Origin: Bacillota bacterium
GTDB lineage: Bacteria; Bacillota; Clostridia; Acetivibrionales; DTU013
Assembly (NCBI GenBank): GCA_023399355.1
Contig: JAEWQC010000276.1
Span: forward strand, 1,714-65,713
Direction of reading: 5' to 3'
DNA: 64,000 nt
This document shows, in pieces, positions 38,059-47,125 of this stretch (within the stretch, counting starts at the first letter, position 1; every line of letters starts with the position of its first letter). Both the position numbers and the translations under genes were made by a program. The notes beneath the pieces are model-generated. The model had not been told where the DNA came from. It made no database searches and saw only the letters and a program-made list of their open reading frames with translations.

Positions 38059-39385
38059 ACGATTTCAGGAACTCCCCTGCTGTGTGTATCAACTCAAGCC
38101 GCTCTTCTTCCGTTCCGGCTGCTGCAGAATAATAGAGTCTTCCCTTGCATATTTCCGCCTCTCCCTTATCAGGAGAAGCACCGCAGCTATTCACAAGCAA
38201 TGTATTGGCCGATAGCGGGAGGATTCCTTTTCCCGTCTCAAGTTCAAACAGAATGCTCGCTTTCTTCATTTCCGAAAGCAGTTGTTCATATTCGAACGAC
38301 TGGGTATATCCAAGAGTTAACAGGCCCAATTGACCTTCCGAGTTGAATTTTTCAAGATACATATTAATATGGCGGTTTACCATCCCCATTGTCTTTCTTG
38401 CATTAATCTCCACGAGAGGGACAATATTTCCGTCTTTCAGAATCATCGAGTCAATGCCGATTTCTCCGAAATACCCGTCCTTATACAGTTCCTCCGCAAT
38501 TTCAACCATCGTTTTAAAGTAGCCCTTTTCTTCCAGAATTCTGTATAGATCTCCGCTGATACAGCAAGTCCCGGCATAGTTGAACCGGTTATTCACTATT
38601 TTTTGCATACTGGATATCCGGATCTTTCCATCTGTGTCCAAAATAAGATTGCAGGAGAAATCTTCCTGTTTGTCCAGAAACGGTTCCAGTAAAAGCCGTA
38701 CATGCTTTTGATGATCTTCCTGCTTTTTCATATACCCGGCCAGCTTTAACAGAATCGTCGCCGAGGTGACCAATATGTTTCCTTTTCCTGATACCCCATA
38801 CTCGTCCTTCATGAGAAAAGCACCGTCTTTCAGCAGTTCAAGCCCCTTCCGGACAAGCTGCTCCGAGTCGTAAACAGCTTCACCTCCGGCATTTAAATCC
38901 AGCTTTTTTTTAAGGCTGTTGGAATAAATTTTTGAATTTACCGTTTTGACATGTTCCAGTTGGGGCAAGGCATGACAAATATTCAGTGAGCGGCTCATCT
39001 CCAGTGTATTCGGAATGATTGCATAAGGGGAGAGGCAAGTATCCATATCTACCAGTTTCTTAACCCTGGAGATATTGTTTTCCATGACAGCCGTTTCGAA
39101 AATATTGCAGCTTGTACTGCCACTATTTTCGGTGCAATCCTCCAAATCGGACGAATTGCTGTCAAAGTCAAATCCTATTTGATTCAGATAAGCCTTGTGG
39201 CAGTCATTCATCTTCTTTCTCGTAATGAGTACATCCCTATCCGCACAAAAAGGAAACAGCAATTCATCCATACAACCGATCATATTACTGCTGCCCTGAT
39301 CATGAATTTCAGGCAATAATGCCGTATTGCCGTCACGCCAGAACTTTTCGGAATCGAATACTCCCATTACCAGCCTCTTATTCAT
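38039..39385 (-). CDS. ATP-grasp ligase
   Basis: Start moved to the ATG at 39385 (MNKRLVMGVFDSEKFW) with GGAGGTG RBS. Blocks MKDEYGVSGKGNILV, GEIGIDSMIL and PLVEINARKTMG match the ATP-grasp fold. Confidence 0.7.
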   Translation of the reverse strand: MNKRLVMGVFDSEKFWRDGNTALLPEIHDQGSSNMIGCMDELLFPFCADRDVLITRKKMNDCHKAYLNQIGFDFDSNSSDLEDCTENSGSTSCNIFETAVMENNISRVKKLVDMDTCLSPYAIIPNTLEMSRSLNICHALPQLEHVKTVNSKIYSNSLKKKLDLNAGGEAVYDSEQLVRKGLELLKDGAFLMKDEYGVSGKGNILVTSATILLKLAGYMKKQEDHQKHVRLLLEPFLDKQEDFSCNLILDTDGKIRISSMQKIVNNRFNYAGTCCISGDLYRILEEKGYFKTMVEIAEELYKDGYFGEIGIDSMILKDGNIVPLVEINARKTMGMVNRHINMYLEKFNSEGQLGLLTLGYTQSFEYEQLLSEMKKASILFELETGKGILPLSANTLLVNSCGASPDKGEAEICKGRLYYSAAAGTEEERLELIHTAGEFLKSFGFKIY

Positions 39386-39422
39386 AGCCCACCTCCATAT
39401 CCTTCCTGCAGAGATCCCTTCT

Positions 39423-39704
39423 TCAGCCGGCCACAGGGTCATTTTCTGCCACCGGGCCATTTTCTGCCGCCACAGCTTTTTCGATAACCTCACATACACT
39501 GGCTATCTTCTTCAGATGCTCCATGTCAAGCATGTCAAAATCCATTTCTATATTGAATTCATCCTCCAGTCTGAGCACAAAAGTAATCATTTGAAGTGAA
39601 TCCAATCCGACTTCGCTGATGATGTCGGAGTTGCCATTCAATGTTGCTTTCAAATTGCTGTCGTTTTTTACCTCGCACAGGATTTCAATTACTTTTTCAA
39701 CCAT
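39423..39704 (-). CDS. Acyl/peptidyl carrier protein with duplicated acidic C-terminal tail
   Basis: 93 aa. Phosphopantetheine site GLDSLQMITF. The C-terminus AENGPVAENDPVAG is encoded by an 18-bp tandem duplication. Confidence 0.8.
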   Translation of the reverse strand: MVEKVIEILCEVKNDSNLKATLNGNSDIISEVGLDSLQMITFVLRLEDEFNIEMDFDMLDMEHLKKIASVCEVIEKAVAAENGPVAENDPVAG

Positions 39705-39753
39705 GACTTCACCTCCATAAAATATTAATCCAACTCCAATGAAACCTTTATTT

Positions 39754-40974
39754 TCATCCGGCCCTTTTTGTCAATGCTTCATAGGTATGAATCAGCCTCT
39801 GTGCACAAAGTTCTCCTTTGTAGGCCTGTGCAAGGATTCCGGATTGCTTCCCGAAGTTCTCCCTCAGTTCCTTGTCTCCGCACAGGGCATTCAAAGCCAG
39901 CACATACTCCTCCCGGCTCTTACAGACATATCCGTTCCCCCTGTGCCGGACGAAATCCACCGGTCCCCCCTTGTTTGAAACGATTACCGGCAGGCCTCTG
40001 TACATAGCTTCTATAACGGACAGGCCAAATGTATCCGAAGCATGTGGTGAAAAATAGATGTCCACACTGTTATAAACTTCTACCAGCTCATTCTGGCTCA
40101 AAAGCCCCAGGTACTTGATGCTCCTGTCCTTTTCGCACGCCGCTTTCACCCACTCAATTGTCCTGGGGCTGCCACTTCCTGCCAGATACAGTTCAGCCCG
40201 CTCATTTTGCTTTGCAGCCTCCCGAAACAATTCCAATACGATCCTTATATCCTTGCCTCCGTCAAACCTTCCCGCATACAATATTTTGATGGATTCCGAT
40301 TCCCTGATACCCATATTTTCAGCATTGGACTCAAATACCGCTTCATTGACCCCCAGGAACTTCCCGCAGATAACATTTTCAATCCCATGCAGCAGCAGAT
40401 GCTTCCCTGCATCCCTGCCGGAACACAGTACCATGTCATACCCTTCGTACACCTCATGATAAACCCTGTTCTTATCCTGCATGTAGGGTGATATGACATG
40501 TTCAGGCTTGACCTGCCTGGAAAATTCAGGATAGTTTGTCTGGTAATAGGCTGCGGCAGGGATTCCATGTCTGCCTGCATAGTCAATCGCAATCCGGTCA
40601 CGATAGGCGAATGTTTTGTCCATTCCATACAAGGCAAGGCCGTAGATCCTATCCGGATCATCCACATGAATGACCTCCGGAATAAAATCTCCGATTACCG
40701 CTTCCAGATCCCACAAACTGCTTTCAAGAAATTTGATTTTATCCGGTCGTAACGTATTTTTCTGGGATGGAACAGGTTTCACAGTGACATTCGGAAAGAT
40801 TTCTCCGAGATAATCCCCGTATGTGGGGTATATCTCTTTTTCCAGGCTGTAATCAGGGCACAGCAGCAATACATGGTGCCCCATATTGGAAAAATGGCCG
40901 CACATATTGTACAGCTGAAAGGAGGAACCCAATGCCTCCGGGAGAAAACCGGCTGCTATAATGCATATGTTCAT
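39754..40974 (-). CDS. GT4-family glycosyltransferase (paralog 1 of 3)
   Basis: 406 aa. The N-terminus MNICIIAAGFLPEALGSS...GHHVLLLCPDY and the C-terminal block SDTFGLSVIEAMYRGLPVIVSNKGGP (the E-x7-E region of GT4) are seen. Confidence 0.8.
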   Translation of the reverse strand: MNICIIAAGFLPEALGSSFQLYNMCGHFSNMGHHVLLLCPDYSLEKEIYPTYGDYLGEIFPNVTVKPVPSQKNTLRPDKIKFLESSLWDLEAVIGDFIPEVIHVDDPDRIYGLALYGMDKTFAYRDRIAIDYAGRHGIPAAAYYQTNYPEFSRQVKPEHVISPYMQDKNRVYHEVYEGYDMVLCSGRDAGKHLLLHGIENVICGKFLGVNEAVFESNAENMGIRESESIKILYAGRFDGGKDIRIVLELFREAAKQNERAELYLAGSGSPRTIEWVKAACEKDRSIKYLGLLSQNELVEVYNSVDIYFSPHASDTFGLSVIEAMYRGLPVIVSNKGGPVDFVRHRGNGYVCKSREEYVLALNALCGDKELRENFGKQSGILAQAYKGELCAQRLIHTYEALTKRAG

Positions 40975-41061
40975 TGCTTTAACCTTCCTCTCGGGATTAT
41001 AAAGTATTTATTCCAAGAAATTTTTTCCAACTCATTACTGCTATGTCCGGCAAGCTATCTT

Positions 41062-41172
41062 CTTGATTTCCGCCAAAGCTGTCCCCTTGATTTCCGGCAA
41101 AGGTATTCCTTTGATTTCAAGCACAGGTATTCCTTTGATTTCAGGCACAGGTATTCCTCTGATTTCAAGCAG
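41062..41172. repeat. About 4.6 tandem copies of a 24-bp repeat in the largest intergenic gap of the operon
   Basis: Units start at 41062, 41086, 41110, 41134 and 41158 (partial), consensus CTTTGATTTCARGCACAGGTATTC. A further TTGATTTCC lies inside the 3' end of the PPTase gene. Confidence 0.9.
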
Positions 41173-41860
41173 TTATTAACAGATCCTTGATTTCCATTTT
41201 ACGGATGTTCCCCCTGATATTTTCACAAGGACTTTCCACGGCGACGGATATGCAGTAACCGCTGATATGGAAGGACTTGAATGCCACTTCATCATTCTTC
41301 AGAACGTTGAAGCTGTCAAATGGAATTGCAAGTCCCCGCCCTTTGCATTTTACATAGGATTCCTTCATTGTCCAAAGCCTGCATACACTTTTTTTGTCCT
41401 CATTGCCGCCGGACATCAGAAACCTGATTTCTCTCTCATGGAAAAATGTCGACACCGTGTGTTGGATTTCCCGTTCCGTTGATTCGACATCTATGCCAAC
41501 CTTACCGTCCAGTATGACTGCACAGGCTGTCACTTCACCGGAATGCGACAGATTGAAGTCGATCCTGCCGTTATGATTTCCACAGAATTTGTCATTAAGA
41601 TCCTTTAGTTGCAATCTGCCGTAAGGATCTCTTTCTATGCATATGTTGTTCACCGGAAGACCGGTAATCCCTGATAATATGCTTTTCGCCAGCGCCCTTC
41701 CGCACAAGAAATGATTTTTCCTGCCTGTACTGGAGCACCTGTGGTAATATTGCAGTTCATCCCTGTCCAGGAACCGGGTCGCATGGATTCGGCCTTCCAT
41801 GTCGGAACCGGTTCTGAGATAATAAATGTCTACCATACCGTTTTGCAGACTAAACGGCAT
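41165..41860 (-). CDS. Sfp-type 4'-phosphopantetheinyl transferase
   Basis: 231 aa. Blocks FNLSHSGEVTACAV, GIDVE and WTMKESYVKCKGRGL. Confidence 0.85.
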   Translation of the reverse strand: MPFSLQNGMVDIYYLRTGSDMEGRIHATRFLDRDELQYYHRCSSTGRKNHFLCGRALAKSILSGITGLPVNNICIERDPYGRLQLKDLNDKFCGNHNGRIDFNLSHSGEVTACAVILDGKVGIDVESTEREIQHTVSTFFHEREIRFLMSGGNEDKKSVCRLWTMKESYVKCKGRGLAIPFDSFNVLKNDEVAFKSFHISGYCISVAVESPCENIRGNIRKMEIKDLLITA

Positions 41861-43085
41861 CTTTCCTCATCCTGCCGATTAATTCCTGGTAAGTGCCAAT
41901 CAGGTTAGCTGCACAATTTGAACCGTGATATTTTCTTACGGCGGTTTTTGCATTTCTTCCCATCGCTTTCCTGCGAGCTTCATCCCCGGACAATGTAAGA
42001 ATCTGGCGGGCAAAATCATCTTCATCAGCGCATAATAGGCCATTCACTCCATTGTCAACAAAACTTGCAGGTCCTCCCCTGTCAGAAACAATGACCGGCA
42101 GTCCTCTTGACATGGCTTCAATGACTGACAATCCGAACGTATCGGAGTTGTGGGGTGAGAAATAGATATCGACGGAGTTGTAAACCTTCACCAGTTCTTT
42201 CCTATCAAGCTTTCCAGCGTATACGATGTCCGGATTCTCCTCACACTCTTTCCGGACATAACTCATTGTTTCCTTGAACAATCCGGTCCCTGCAAGAATC
42301 AACCGGATACCTGAATTCACTTCATACGCCTTTTTAAAAATTCCAATGACCAGATTGACATCTTTCCCTCCATCAAACCGGCCGCTGTACAATATATTCA
42401 CTTTATTGTCCCGGACGATCAATTCGCTTATTTCATCCGACCCGAAGACAGATTCGTCTATCCCCATGTACACTCCCTGCCGGACTTTCTTCAGGCCATG
42501 CGACTCCAGATACCGGTTTGCATCCTCGCAGGAACACAACACCTCATCATAGCGTCCGTATATTTTCTCATACACACCTTCGGGATCCATCCTGTAAGGC
42601 GTTGGAACATTCTTAGGCAGGTAGCAGTCCGCAAATGCAGGGAAATTCGACTGGTAGAATCCGATTACCGGTATGTTGTTTGCCCTTGCATAAGCAATTC
42701 CGATAGCATCGTTATATGCAAGCTCGGCTCCAAGTCCGAACAATCCCAGGCCATATATCCTGTCCGGATCTTCTACCTGAATGATATCCGGTTTGAAATC
42801 CCCGATGTACTCCTCCAGGCACCATGCCGCTCCATCCTGGAAATCCACGCTTTCCGGCTTGATCCGGTTCTTTTGGGTCGGAACCGGTCTGACTGTGACA
42901 TTCGGGAAGATCTCTCCGCGGTATTTTCCATAGTCGGGATAGAGTTCACTCACAATACTGTAATCGGGGCACAGTATTAAAACCTGATGACCCTGCTTTG
43001 AAAAATGGCCTGCCAGATGGAAAAGGTGGGTTGGCACACCTGCAACTTCGGGCAGAAAGGAACCGGTAATAAAACAGATGTTCAT
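41850..43085 (-). CDS. GT4-family glycosyltransferase (paralog 2 of 3)
   Basis: 411 aa, colinear with the 39754 and 44191 gene products (MNICFITGSFLPEVAGV..., SDTFGLSVIEAMSRGLPVIVSDRGGP). Confidence 0.8.
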   Translation of the reverse strand: MNICFITGSFLPEVAGVPTHLFHLAGHFSKQGHQVLILCPDYSIVSELYPDYGKYRGEIFPNVTVRPVPTQKNRIKPESVDFQDGAAWCLEEYIGDFKPDIIQVEDPDRIYGLGLFGLGAELAYNDAIGIAYARANNIPVIGFYQSNFPAFADCYLPKNVPTPYRMDPEGVYEKIYGRYDEVLCSCEDANRYLESHGLKKVRQGVYMGIDESVFGSDEISELIVRDNKVNILYSGRFDGGKDVNLVIGIFKKAYEVNSGIRLILAGTGLFKETMSYVRKECEENPDIVYAGKLDRKELVKVYNSVDIYFSPHNSDTFGLSVIEAMSRGLPVIVSDRGGPASFVDNGVNGLLCADEDDFARQILTLSGDEARRKAMGRNAKTAVRKYHGSNCAANLIGTYQELIGRMRKDAV

Positions 43086-44212
43086 GAATGATCTCCTCCT
43101 TCTTCTTGCATGTCGAATTTTCTGGACATTGGAAAGTATAGCACCTTACATTTTCTCTTAAATGTAACCAGCTGGATCCAGATGTACAGGTCGGAATTCT
43201 CTTCAAAATCCAGCACTACAATATATATGCCCTCTTCATCCAGCAGTTTGCACACCTGTTCCTTGACATCCGGTACATCCTTCGGGTCTCCAACAGGTAG
43301 AACCCTTAAATCCGCTTCTTTGGGTCTTTCCCTCCTGTCGGCCTTACAGGGCTCCAACGCCTTTATCACCATTTCCTTTTCAGGTGTTTCACTGTAGTGG
43401 AGCATATCTTCAAGCATATACGCCGGTAAGCTGGTTTTTAGTTCGGGGTGCCTGTTCAAAAAATATTGCACATTGCTTTTATAATTGTGCCTATCGGATT
43501 CCTTATGATACTGGTGCAAACCTTCCAGCCTGTGATCGTATACGACTTTCAAACAATGAAGATAGGCCCTGTATCCGAAGTCGATGTCCTCCATGCCCCA
43601 TCCGGAGAAGTTCTCGTCAAATCCATCCATCACAGCAAGCGATTTCTTTGTACAGGCTATACTGCAGCTGAAGACAAACAACCATGTCGTCCAGTCCATC
43701 GACATATTATAGGACATCTGATTGAAAGTGACATGGCGGATTTCAAACAGATCCTTTTTTTCCTTGTCATAGCTGTATCTCTCAAAAATGCTGCCGTCTG
43801 CTATTTCCCCTTCCAGTACGCCGACACCTTCGGGTAACAGCAGACGGGTCGATATCAGAACGATATCCGTATCCATCCCGAAACATTTCAGCGTCTCTTT
43901 CACATAATTTCTTTTTATGATCATATCACTGTCCAAAAAAATGATGATCTCCGCCAGGGCATTCTTCCACCCGGTATTCCTGGCCCTGGAATAACAGGGG
44001 ACATCCCCTTTTTTCAGATAGATGTACTTCAAATCAAAGTTTTTATTGATCCCTTCTAAATAATCTCTTGTATTATCCGTTGATCCGTCATCCACCACTA
44101 TGACTTCGAAGTCTTCCCTTTCGACCCCTTCCTGGTAATTTAAGGCCTGCAGCGTGTTTTTCAAATGATATTTCCTGTTGTACGCCGGAATTACAATACT
44201 TGCTTTATACAT
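43082..44212 (-). CDS. GT2-family glycosyltransferase
   Basis: 376 aa. ASIVIPAYNRKYHL, FEVIVVDDGSTDNT and the DSD motif (FLDSDMII). Confidence 0.8.
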   Translation of the reverse strand: MYKASIVIPAYNRKYHLKNTLQALNYQEGVEREDFEVIVVDDGSTDNTRDYLEGINKNFDLKYIYLKKGDVPCYSRARNTGWKNALAEIIIFLDSDMIIKRNYVKETLKCFGMDTDIVLISTRLLLPEGVGVLEGEIADGSIFERYSYDKEKKDLFEIRHVTFNQMSYNMSMDWTTWLFVFSCSIACTKKSLAVMDGFDENFSGWGMEDIDFGYRAYLHCLKVVYDHRLEGLHQYHKESDRHNYKSNVQYFLNRHPELKTSLPAYMLEDMLHYSETPEKEMVIKALEPCKADRRERPKEADLRVLPVGDPKDVPDVKEQVCKLLDEEGIYIVVLDFEENSDLYIWIQLVTFKRKCKVLYFPMSRKFDMQEEGGDHS

Positions 44213-45465
44213 TCTTCCGCCTCCAAAAATTCATTTTGCCCCGATAACTCGATCAATTCGTGATAGGTATTGATCAGATTAGCCGCACAATTCGTACCGT
44301 AGTATTTTTTCGCATCCTTTCCAGCCTGTTCACCTATAGCCCTCCTGAGAGCTTCATCTCCTGCCAGCGCTAAAATGTGACGGACAAAATCGTCCTCCTC
44401 TGCACATAATATCCCGTTCCTGCCGCTGTCGATCAAGCTTGCGGGACCGCCCCGGTCCGGAGCGACGACAGGGAGGCCCTTTGACATGGCCTCAATGATC
44501 GACAGCCCGAAAGTATCCGTTCCGTGCGGTGAAAAATAGACATCGACAGAGTTGTATACCTTTACCAAATCTTTCATATCCAGATTTCCGACATAGAGGA
44601 TGTCCGGAGTTTCACTGCAAACCTTCCATACGTACTCCATCGTATCCCTGAGTCCTGATCCGGCCAGAAAAAGCTGGATTTGAGAATTCCTTCCGTAAGC
44701 TTTCCTGAAAAGATCAATGACGATTTTCACATCTTTCCCTCCATCAAAACGCCCGCTGTACAAGATCTTTGTTTTACTGTTCCGGGGAATCAGTACGCTT
44801 CTTTCATCCGATTGGAAAATCGACTCGTCAATCCCCATATATATTCCTTGCCGGACTTTCTTCAGGCCATGTCCCTTCAGGTGCCGGTATGCATCCCCGC
44901 AAGAGCACAACACCGCGTCATATGGTTCATATATTTTCCTGTACACTCCGGCAGGGTCCATCCTGTAAGGAGTAGGGACATCCATGGGGATGTAATAATC
45001 CGCAAATGCAGCATAATTGGTCTGGTAGAATCCGATCACCGGGATCTTGTTTGCTTTTGCGTAAGCAATCCCGATTGCTTCATTATACGCAATGGTTTCT
45101 TCGAGCCCGAAAAGGCCTACACCGAAAATTCTGTCAGGATCTTCGACCTGAATGATTTCCGGCCGGAAATCCCCGATAACCTCTTCCAGGCTCCACAATG
45201 TCCCTTCCTGATAATTTACGCTCTCCGGTCTCCTCCTGTTTTTCCGGGATGGCACCGGTCTGACCGTGACATTCGGGAACAGTCCCCCCCGGTGTTTCAG
45301 ATAATCAGGGTATAGCTCCTTTTCCACGCCATAATCCGGACACAGCAGCAGAACTTTGTGCCCAAGCTTTGAAAAATGGCTTGCCAGATTGTGCAAGTGT
45401 GTGGACACACCGGTTAGTTCAGGCAAAAACGTACTGGTTACAAGACAAATATTCATATCGGACAA
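44191..45465 (-). CDS. GT4-family glycosyltransferase (paralog 3 of 3)
   Basis: 424 aa. By eye roughly two-thirds identical to paralog 2 over the N-terminal 90 aa (MNICLVTSTFLPELTGV..., TDTFGLSIIEAMSKGLPVVAPDRGGP). Confidence 0.8.
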   Translation of the reverse strand: MSDMNICLVTSTFLPELTGVSTHLHNLASHFSKLGHKVLLLCPDYGVEKELYPDYLKHRGGLFPNVTVRPVPSRKNRRRPESVNYQEGTLWSLEEVIGDFRPEIIQVEDPDRIFGVGLFGLEETIAYNEAIGIAYAKANKIPVIGFYQTNYAAFADYYIPMDVPTPYRMDPAGVYRKIYEPYDAVLCSCGDAYRHLKGHGLKKVRQGIYMGIDESIFQSDERSVLIPRNSKTKILYSGRFDGGKDVKIVIDLFRKAYGRNSQIQLFLAGSGLRDTMEYVWKVCSETPDILYVGNLDMKDLVKVYNSVDVYFSPHGTDTFGLSIIEAMSKGLPVVAPDRGGPASLIDSGRNGILCAEEDDFVRHILALAGDEALRRAIGEQAGKDAKKYYGTNCAANLINTYHELIELSGQNEFLEAEECIKQVL

Positions 45466-45488
45466 CCCCTTTACACTTCTTGTTAACT

Positions 45489-46289
45489 CTATGTTCCAGA
45501 GCTTTTATAACTTTTCAGTCCCAGATGCCAGATTAATAGCGATATGCCTGTAAAAAGCGCAGCTACGACCGGAGCACAATAGGAAACCCATCCGGGAAAT
45601 ACCTGACTGTTTTTATTGAGATAGTGGAGTGATGGATAATAATAAATGAAAGCAAAAGGCAGCAAAGTAGTCAATATTATTTGAATGCCCTTTGAATAAA
45701 TATCGACCGGATACGGGCTGAAAATATTAAACACGGTATTGATAAATTCCCTCAGGCTGCCGCTTTTCAAAAACCAGAATGCGGTTGTTCCCGTAAGAAA
45801 CAGCAGGGAGAAATAAATCATGGATGCCGCAGTCACCGTCACCGCCAGCAGAAGTATATTCGGCAGGGACCATGCGATCCCAACCCTGGCGGCACAGTAA
45901 ATGAGGATCAGCAGGCCGGCCAGGATATCTCCGACTGATACGATATCGAACCGCTGAAAAATGAACAGGATGAACGGGGACTTCGGTCTCAGCAGCAGCC
46001 TGTCAATCTCCCCAAGGTTGATCAGCATATCCATTGCAAACAGTATGGAGAAAACAGTCATCACCAGTGAGGTAGACACCTTGGCAAGAGCATACATGAA
46101 ACCGATCTCATAGAGGCTCCATCCATTCATATTTTTAAATTTGTCCAGCACAACCCATACAAGCCCGGCGGAAAGTGCTGTAAAAATAAGGGATTGGGCC
46201 AGCGCCAGCACAAAGTTCATGGTGTACATGGATCTGGCCTTAATGTTTATCCACATCATAAAGAATACCATCCCAGCCGTTTTAAACAT
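45489..46289 (-). CDS. ABC-2 family transporter permease
   Basis: 266 aa, about six hydrophobic segments. Paired with a second ABC-2 permease and an ATPase. Confidence 0.7.
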   Translation of the reverse strand: MFKTAGMVFFMMWINIKARSMYTMNFVLALAQSLIFTALSAGLVWVVLDKFKNMNGWSLYEIGFMYALAKVSTSLVMTVFSILFAMDMLINLGEIDRLLLRPKSPFILFIFQRFDIVSVGDILAGLLILIYCAARVGIAWSLPNILLLAVTVTAASMIYFSLLFLTGTTAFWFLKSGSLREFINTVFNIFSPYPVDIYSKGIQIILTTLLPFAFIYYYPSLHYLNKNSQVFPGWVSYCAPVVAALFTGISLLIWHLGLKSYKSSGT

Positions 46290-46298
46290 CTATACCTC

Positions 46299-47090
46299 TT
46301 AGCCTCCTGCTATCGTCAGATTTTTCAATACAATTCCTGTCAGAATCTTGCCGGCAGCCGTCAGTGCCGCTATCCATAACACCTGAGCGAACATCGCATT
46401 GACTGCTGCGTTTCCGGTCAGTTCTCCAAGGTAAATATTCAGAGGGATGAACATAAAATATTTAAAAGGGAGAAAATTGAGTATGTTTAAGATGGCTTCG
46501 GGAAATATCCATAATGGCAGATAGGCCCCAGAGCAAAAACCGATGATTGCATTCTTCATAGCCTGGAACGCCCATATTTCAACAAAATAAAACGCCAGCA
46601 GGGATACCAGGTAATCAAATGCAACCAATACGCCATACCCAAGCAGGGCACTGATCAGAAAAAGAAGGAATGCGCCAATCGAGCGGGGAATACTGATATC
46701 CACAATCAACTTCATCACAATCATCTTGGGGATAAAATTGATCAGCAGGTTGCTGGACATTTCGCCGAAAGTCTCTGAAATCATCATAATTTGAAAATCA
46801 ACCGGCTTCTGCAAATCGGAAGTAATGGAGCCCCACTTGATTTTATCACTTACCGCAGCGATCATTTCACTGGTAAATATAGAGGATAGAATTGCCGCCA
46901 CTACAGAATAGGTTACATATTTATCCAACTCATTCGCAGAAATCTTGCCGGCATTTGCAAAAGCTTTCCAGAAGAATTGTGCGGAAACAGCGACAACGAT
47001 TACCAGCAAAAAACCGATGATGACATCGAACTGGTATACCAACCCCCGTTTAAATGAATTGTAGGATACATGCAAATATTTCAAGGCCAA
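46299..47090 (-). CDS. ABC-2 family transporter permease
   Basis: 263 aa multi-pass membrane protein directly downstream of the ABC ATPase. Confidence 0.7.
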   Translation of the reverse strand: MALKYLHVSYNSFKRGLVYQFDVIIGFLLVIVVAVSAQFFWKAFANAGKISANELDKYVTYSVVAAILSSIFTSEMIAAVSDKIKWGSITSDLQKPVDFQIMMISETFGEMSSNLLINFIPKMIVMKLIVDISIPRSIGAFLLFLISALLGYGVLVAFDYLVSLLAFYFVEIWAFQAMKNAIIGFCSGAYLPLWIFPEAILNILNFLPFKYFMFIPLNIYLGELTGNAAVNAMFAQVLWIAALTAAGKILTGIVLKNLTIAGG

Positions 47091-47125
47091 TTCCTTCTTT
47101 CCTCACTTGGAGCAGCTTCACACTG

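Noticed and set aside
39386-39499. N-terminal 38 aa of the ATP-grasp track ORF overlapping the carrier-protein gene
   Set aside because: This segment overlaps the carrier-protein 3' end by 77 nt and its sequence is Arg/Trp-rich junk. The internal ATG at 39385 has a GGAGGTG RBS.
41062-41172. Possible CRISPR array or minisatellite artefact
   Set aside because: The 24-bp units are contiguous without spacers. They are kept as a finding (micro-ORF or binding-site array) but not as CRISPR.
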